Below are positions 26,184 to 30,112 of a DNA stretch of 30,112 nucleotides, in pieces. The stretch comes from Candidatus Aenigmatarchaeota archaeon. GTDB taxonomy: Archaea; Aenigmatarchaeota; Aenigmatarchaeia; CG10238-14; SCSR01. The translations under genes and the position numbers were made by a program. Position 1 is the first letter of the stretch, and the number at the start of each line of letters is the position of its first letter. Under the pieces are notes generated by a model. That model had not been told where the DNA came from. It searched no databases and saw only the letters and a list, made by a program, of their open reading frames with translations. The DNA lies in contig JAWBTW010000009.1 of assembly GCA_039000165.1 (NCBI GenBank), forward strand, positions 1 through 30,112. The letters are read 5' to 3'.

Positions 26184-26789
26184 ATGCCTGTTTTTGGAAA
26201 AAAGGAAGAAGTAAAAAGAGGGTATGTTCCTACTGAAGAAGTTCTTGAGATGATGGAAAAGAAAATTCCTGAAGGAGAAATAATTGAAAGTTTAAGAAGA
26301 GGTGGGTTTTCACCAGATGAAATAGCTCAGGCTTTTGTCGAAGCTTCTAGGAAAATTTTTGCTAAGCCTGAAGTAGTTGAGAAAAAAGTTGAGGAAGTTA
26401 AACCAAAATTGGAAGAGAAGTCTAAAGAGAAAAAGGAAGAGAAGATTGAAGAGAAAAAGGAAGAGAAGATTGAAAGTCCTCCAGTTTTTATAAAAGTTGA
26501 AAAGTATGATGAAATAGTTCTTGAGATGGGAAAGATAAAGGATATTCTAGAAGAATTAAAAGGCATACTTGTTTCCTTAAAAGAACTTGAGAAAACTAGA
26601 AAAGAAACTTTAGAGGAAATTCACAACATAAGTAAAGATTTGGAAGAAAGGGTTTCCAAGCTTTACTCTACATTTTTAAAACCTTATAGCTATGAAGAAG
26701 TACCTATAGAAGGAACAGAAGAAGTTGAGAATATAATAGATGAGCTTAAAAGCCAAATAGAAGAGTTGAAAAGCGAGATGGAAGCTTAA
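26184..26789 (+). CDS. Hypothetical acidic coiled-coil protein
   Basis: N-terminal helical module (IIESLRRGGFSPDEI), E/K-rich linker, PVFIKVEKY followed by heptads. Confidence 0.78.
   Translation: MPVFGKKEEVKRGYVPTEEVLEMMEKKIPEGEIIESLRRGGFSPDEIAQAFVEASRKIFAKPEVVEKKVEEVKPKLEEKSKEKKEEKIEEKKEEKIESPPVFIKVEKYDEIVLEMGKIKDILEELKGILVSLKELEKTRKETLEEIHNISKDLEERVSKLYSTFLKPYSYEEVPIEGTEEVENIIDELKSQIEELKSEMEA
26427..26474 (+). repeat. 24-bp tandem duplication encoding EKKEEKIE x2
   Basis: GAGAAAAAGGAAGAGAAGATTGAA at 26427-26450 and 26451-26474. Confidence 0.85.
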
Positions 26790-26831
26790 AAATAAAAGTT
26801 TAACTTTTTTAAAAGATTAAATCTTATTTAG

Positions 26832-26949
26832 GCAGGGGTTCCCGAGTCTGGTTAAAGGGGCAGGACTCAAGTCAGACTTGAGTTTTGATCCAAGATGAAA
26901 GAAATCCTGTGGCTTAGTGCCTTCCTGGGTTCAAATCCCAGCCCCTGCA
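26832..26949 (+). tRNA. tRNA-Leu(CAA) with 32-nt 37/38 intron (26872-26903)
   Basis: GCAGGGG acceptor/CCCCTGC A; CAGGA CT CAA G[intron]A TCCTG; long variable arm; CTGGG TTCAAAT CCCAG. Confidence 0.92.
26872..26903 (+). ncRNA. tRNA-Leu intron, candidate minimal box C/D guide for Cm34
   Basis: Guide GACTTGAGTT (26875-26884) antisense to GACTCAAGTC (26864-26873); box D-like TTGA (26885-26888); AAGATGA (26892-26898); N+5 position pairs with C34 (26868). Confidence 0.68.
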
Positions 26950-26958
26950 TTTACAAAA

Positions 26959-27288
26959 CTAATCTACTTTTTTCTTGGTATAAAAAACAGTATTTTCCTG
27001 AGAAAAAAGCTCCTTGGGCATTATTCCACCTTTTTTAAGAGGAAAAAGATAAACTTCTCCTTTTTCCTTATCATAATATCTTGCAATAAGCAAATTGTTC
27101 TTGCAGATTATTGACATGAAATCATCAAAAGGAAGTTCACTAAATTTCATGCTAGAATTTTCAAAGGGGTTAATCCACTTCGCTTCTTCGATTATCTTTC
27201 CTTTTTCATCTGTTCTATGTGGCACCCAAAAAACATCTACAGGATAAAAAACTTCATCCTTGTACTTTATCTTATCCCAAAATTTCAT
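26959..27288 (-). CDS. Hypothetical protein
   Basis: Open frame from ATG 27288 (MKFWDK) filling the gap between tRNA-Leu and the PqqD-like gene. Confidence 0.65.
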   Translation of the reverse strand: MKFWDKIKYKDEVFYPVDVFWVPHRTDEKGKIIEEAKWINPFENSSMKFSELPFDDFMSIICKNNLLIARYYDKEKGEVYLFPLKKGGIMPKELFSQENTVFYTKKKVD

Positions 27289-27390
27289 TCGAATCAATTA
27301 GTTAATGTTAGTAAGCAATTTAAGTTTTGCTACAAGAGCAAAAGGCAAAAGTTTTATTAGGCTTAAAACCATGGTTTAATTATCGAAAAA

Positions 27391-27654
27391 ATGGAAGGCA
27401 AGCCTTTAAAAGCAAAAAACCTTAAGGTTATAGACCACTTGGGTACTCTTTATGCTACTTTTAACGGTACCAGCATGTGGAAGCTTGACAAAGTTGCTTT
27501 TGGGATTTTAAGGATGTGTGACGGAAAAAGAAGTGTCGAAGATATTGTTAATGAAGTAGCAAAAATGATTTCTCATAAGCCAGAAGACGTTAAGCCTGTT
27601 ATAGAAGAAATTTTAAAAGAATTAACAAGAATGAAGTTTATAGAATGGGTTTAG
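27391..27654 (+). CDS. PqqD-like (RiPP recognition element fold) protein
   Basis: WKLDKVAFGILRMCDGKRSVEDIV...ILKELTRMKFIE pattern. Confidence 0.75.
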   Translation: MEGKPLKAKNLKVIDHLGTLYATFNGTSMWKLDKVAFGILRMCDGKRSVEDIVNEVAKMISHKPEDVKPVIEEILKELTRMKFIEWV

Positions 27655-27908
27655 AGTTTTTTTCTTAACTTTTCTAGGATTTCTTCCTCTTTAACAAGCT
27701 CAGCAAACCTTTCTTTTAAGAATAAAAGCCTTGCTATCCCTATTTTCCTTTCAACAACTTTTCCTTCGCCTATAAGCTCATGCACGTATTTTGTTGCGGT
27801 AATTCTGCTCATCTTTGCAATTTTTGAGAGCTCTTGAATCGTTAGCCCATCAGGGTGCTCTTTTAGGATGTTTAGAATAATTTCTTTTGAATATTGTTTT
27901 TTTCTCAT
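27651..27908 (-). CDS. Small winged-HTH DNA-binding protein
   Basis: ILKEHPDGLTIQELSKIAKMSRITATKYVHELIGEG...RKIG. Confidence 0.85.
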   Translation of the reverse strand: MRKKQYSKEIILNILKEHPDGLTIQELSKIAKMSRITATKYVHELIGEGKVVERKIGIARLLFLKERFAELVKEEEILEKLRKKL

Positions 27909-27966
27909 ATTTAATAATAGTGTTAAACATCAATATATAGTTTTTGGTAGCTTGAGATTGAGAATA

Positions 27967-28710
27967 TCAATAGAAAAGGCTTTTAAGCCTTGAAATAAAG
28001 CTTGGTTTTTTATACTCTAAACCAGAAAGAAAATGAGCTATTTTAACAAATTCTTCAGCCTTTTTTCTTTTATAAAAAATTAAGGGCATCCTTGCTGCCT
28101 CGCTTCTCAAAAAGTCTTCATCTTCTTTTATTACCCCAAGCAAAGGAAGCTCTACAAGTTGAGAAATTTCTTTTGGTTTAAGCTCAAAATCCTTTTTCCT
28201 GTACTTGTTAACTATTATTCCCAAAGGGTTTATTCCAAGCTGAAGAGCAAGGTTTCTGCATTTTATAGCATCTACTACCGAAGCTATGCTCGGGTTTGTT
28301 ACTATTATTATGTCATCGCTTGCTTGAATTGAAGCTAAGGCTTCTCTTCCAAAACCAGGAGCAGAATCAAGCAAGACTATTTCAAAGTCTTTCATAAAAT
28401 TTTTAATTCTTGCTTTTAAATCAATAGTCTCTATTCCTGACAAATCTGCTAAGTTTAAGGAAGCAGGCACGACATAAATGTTAAAAACAGGATACAAAGC
28501 CTTTTCTATTCCAATCTCATTTCTCAAAACGTTGTTTAAAGTATTTCCTGGGAGCATCCCAAACTCTAGAGCTAAATGGGAAGTTGTGAAGTTAAAGTCT
28601 ATTAAACCAACTCTTTTGTTTAGCAAGCCCAAGGCACAAGCTAAGTTTATTGCTACTGTTGTTTTTCCTACTCCTCCTTTTCCTGCTATTATTCCTATGG
28701 TTCTTGTCAT
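27967..28710 (-). CDS. minD: MinD/ParA family ATPase
   Basis: Deviant Walker A GKGGVGKTT, LLDSAPG, IIVNK, C-terminal amphipathic helix SFISRLKSLF. Confidence 0.85.
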   Translation of the reverse strand: MTRTIGIIAGKGGVGKTTVAINLACALGLLNKRVGLIDFNFTTSHLALEFGMLPGNTLNNVLRNEIGIEKALYPVFNIYVVPASLNLADLSGIETIDLKARIKNFMKDFEIVLLDSAPGFGREALASIQASDDIIIVTNPSIASVVDAIKCRNLALQLGINPLGIIVNKYRKKDFELKPKEISQLVELPLLGVIKEDEDFLRSEAARMPLIFYKRKKAEEFVKIAHFLSGLEYKKPSFISRLKSLFY

Positions 28711-29066
28711 TTCTTCACCAGCTTGTAGTATTTCTTCCTGTCTATCAAAACTCCTTCTGTTATTCCTTCTGCTGTTAGCTCTCTGAAGTATTCGTTACAT
28801 CGTGTTCTTGAAAGGTTTATTAGCTTGCTTAGCTGAGAAGAAGTTAGCCTTTTATGCTGCTCAAGCAAGGAAATTATTTGTTCTTTTATCTTTGCTTTTC
28901 TCACGCTTTCGTTTTCTTTTCCTTCCTGAAGCATAGCCTCAAGCTTTTCTATCCTTTTCAAAAGATCTTCTAGTGTTATTTCTTGTTTTGCTTCTTTTTT
29001 TGCCGGAACCAAAAAGTTTTTTACTCTCTGAACAAAGAAAAACTGCTCTTCTCTTAAGCTTTTCAT
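28707..29066 (-). CDS. Coiled-coil plus winged-HTH DNA-binding protein
   Basis: LEDLLKRIEKLEAML, LTSSQLSKLINLSRTRCNEYFRELTAEG; ATGA overlap with minD. Confidence 0.85.
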   Translation of the reverse strand: MKSLREEQFFFVQRVKNFLVPAKKEAKQEITLEDLLKRIEKLEAMLQEGKENESVRKAKIKEQIISLLEQHKRLTSSQLSKLINLSRTRCNEYFRELTAEGITEGVLIDRKKYYKLVKK

Positions 29067-29077
29067 AATTATAATAT

Positions 29078-29340
29078 GTCGAATTGTCGAATTAAATCTT
29101 ATTATTCGACTGATTGTTGGAGCTCGACAGTCAGATTTTTTCCAGCCTTAAATTACTGACTAAAAAATGCCTTGTTTTTAAAAAGCTTTTTTCTCGATTT
29201 TTTTAAGGTTTAAGCATGGTTTTTCTATCGACACAAAAACTGCTTCTAAATTCTAATACTTCGACAAAAATAGTTAACATTAATGTTAGCCATTAGTATA
29301 CAGAATAGTCGAGATTTTCTTTGCTCTAGAAAAAATCGAC
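29078..29340. promoter_or_regulatory. Intergenic array of TCGAC/GTCGA motifs plus a 14-bp palindrome
   Basis: Eight copies starting at 29078, 29086, 29106, 29124, 29228, 29261, 29308 and 29336; TAACATTAATGTTA at 29275-29288. Confidence 0.6.
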
Positions 29341-29376
29341 TGTTTAGAATAGAAAAAATTTTGAGGTTTGAAAAAA

Positions 29377-29793
29377 ATGAAAGCTTTAAGCAAGCTTAAG
29401 TCGCAAAGTGCAATTTTACCAATCTTTACAGTAATCTTAGTAGGCTCGCTTACAGCTTATTCTGTTCAAAACCTAAGCCTTTTAAACAGCTCAGAAAACC
29501 TTGAGATAAAAGAAACTGTCGAAACGAAAAAAGTCGAAATATTCTTGACAGAACCTCAAAAGATTACCAGAGGAGAACAAACAACGATAAAAGCAGAGGT
29601 TAAAGCTCTTTCTCAAGTAAGAAACTTGAAAGTTTATTGGCAAGTTCCTGAAGGTTTGGAAGCTAATGAAAGAGAAAAGGATTGTGGAGATTTGGAAGCA
29701 AACTCTTCTTGCATTTCTGAAATTTTAATCAAATCTTCTCTTCTTACTGAGCTAGGAAAAAATGAGATAAAGGTTTTGGTGAGCTATGAGTAG
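29377..29793 (+). CDS. Secreted/membrane-anchored Ig-like (CARDB/DUF11-like) protein
   Basis: GAGGT ribosome-binding site; basic N-terminus then hydrophobic stretch; WQVPEGL...CGDLEANSSC beta-sandwich pattern. Confidence 0.72.
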   Translation: MKALSKLKSQSAILPIFTVILVGSLTAYSVQNLSLLNSSENLEIKETVETKKVEIFLTEPQKITRGEQTTIKAEVKALSQVRNLKVYWQVPEGLEANEREKDCGDLEANSSCISEILIKSSLLTELGKNEIKVLVSYE

Positions 29794-30112
29794 AAAATCT
29801 GAAGTAGGGCAAAGCCAACTTTTCTTAGCCTTTCTTGTACTCTTGTCAGGAATTACTCTAGTGATAGCAACAAACTCAAGTTTAACAGGAAACTTTGTTT
29901 TTAGAAATGAGGATTCAGCTTCTACTTTCATAGAAGTTTGGGCAAACACTTCTATAAAGCTTGATGCTATTGATAATCTTATAATAGCAAGATTATTATT
30001 GGACAATTCTTCTTCTTTGGCTGGGCAGGAAATAAAGTTTTACTTAAATGAAAGCTTTTTTGCTTCTGTGATAACTGATGAAGGAGGAGAGGCTAAGCTT
30101 AGCTTGGATTTA
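29786..30112 (+). CDS. Secreted surface protein, 5' part (runs off window end)
   Basis: Manual translation MSRKSEVGQSQLFLAFLVLLSGITLVIATNSSLTGNFVF...LAGQEIKFYLN...TDEGGEAKL; open to the end; Ig-like TDxxG motif. Confidence 0.75.
   Translation, partial: MSRKSEVGQSQLFLAFLVLLSGITLVIATNSSLTGNFVFRNEDSASTFIEVWANTSIKLDAIDNLIIARLLLDNSSSLAGQEIKFYLNESFFASVITDEGGEAKLSLDL

Noticed and set aside
26917..27114. 65-aa ORF starting MPSWVQIPAPA
   Set aside because: It is a translation of the tRNA-Leu T arm plus antisense of the next gene.
29067..29367. CRISPR array or ORB-type replication origin
   Set aside because: Repeats are only 5-6 bp with irregular spacing and mixed orientation; no G-string ORB motif and no cdc6/orc1 or cas gene in the window.
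909..30006. Remaining short ORFs in the track (e.g. 909-1190, 5804-6106, 9347-9682, 18804-19106, 28478-28786, 29752-30006)
   Set aside because: Antisense or alternate-frame shadows of well-supported genes, with Phe/Ser/Leu-rich composition and no motifs.

Overview
AT-rich, gene-dense archaeal chromosome segment, probably DPANN (Aenigmarchaeota-like; this is inferred from gene content, short intergenic spacers, S-layer and PGF-pre-PGF surface proteins and multi-intron tRNAs). It carries pyrF-pyrE, a secreted SNase-LTD nuclease, three radical SAM genes and nreA. A free-standing LAGLIDADG endonuclease with HTH domains lies antisense behind nreA. The window also has iorAB, a large beta-helix surface protein, two DedA genes, two DJ-1/PfpI genes, pth2, a GT2 glycosyltransferase, the S-layer gene, an Mrr-like nuclease, a PqqD-like protein, a wHTH-MinD-wHTH operon and four intron-containing tRNAs (Gln-UUG with two introns, Thr-CGU, Gly-GCC, Leu-CAA). 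Main finding: the 34-nt tRNA-Gln intron and the 32-nt tRNA-Leu intron at 37/38 share one layout. Each has a guide antisense to its own anticodon loop, a box D at intron nt 14-17 and a box C-like AAGAUGA at nt 21-27, and in both the N+5 rule points exactly at wobble nucleotide 34. They look like minimal single-motif box C/D guides for Um34/Cm34. Other candidates: a homing endonuclease that may have replaced the nreA 3' end, a shared CGG-N10-CCGA motif upstream of two repair genes, a TCGAC array beside the MinD operon, related 12-nt introns at 29/30, a 13-aa microprotein gene and a possible ACG start codon. All calls were made by eye; no searches were run.
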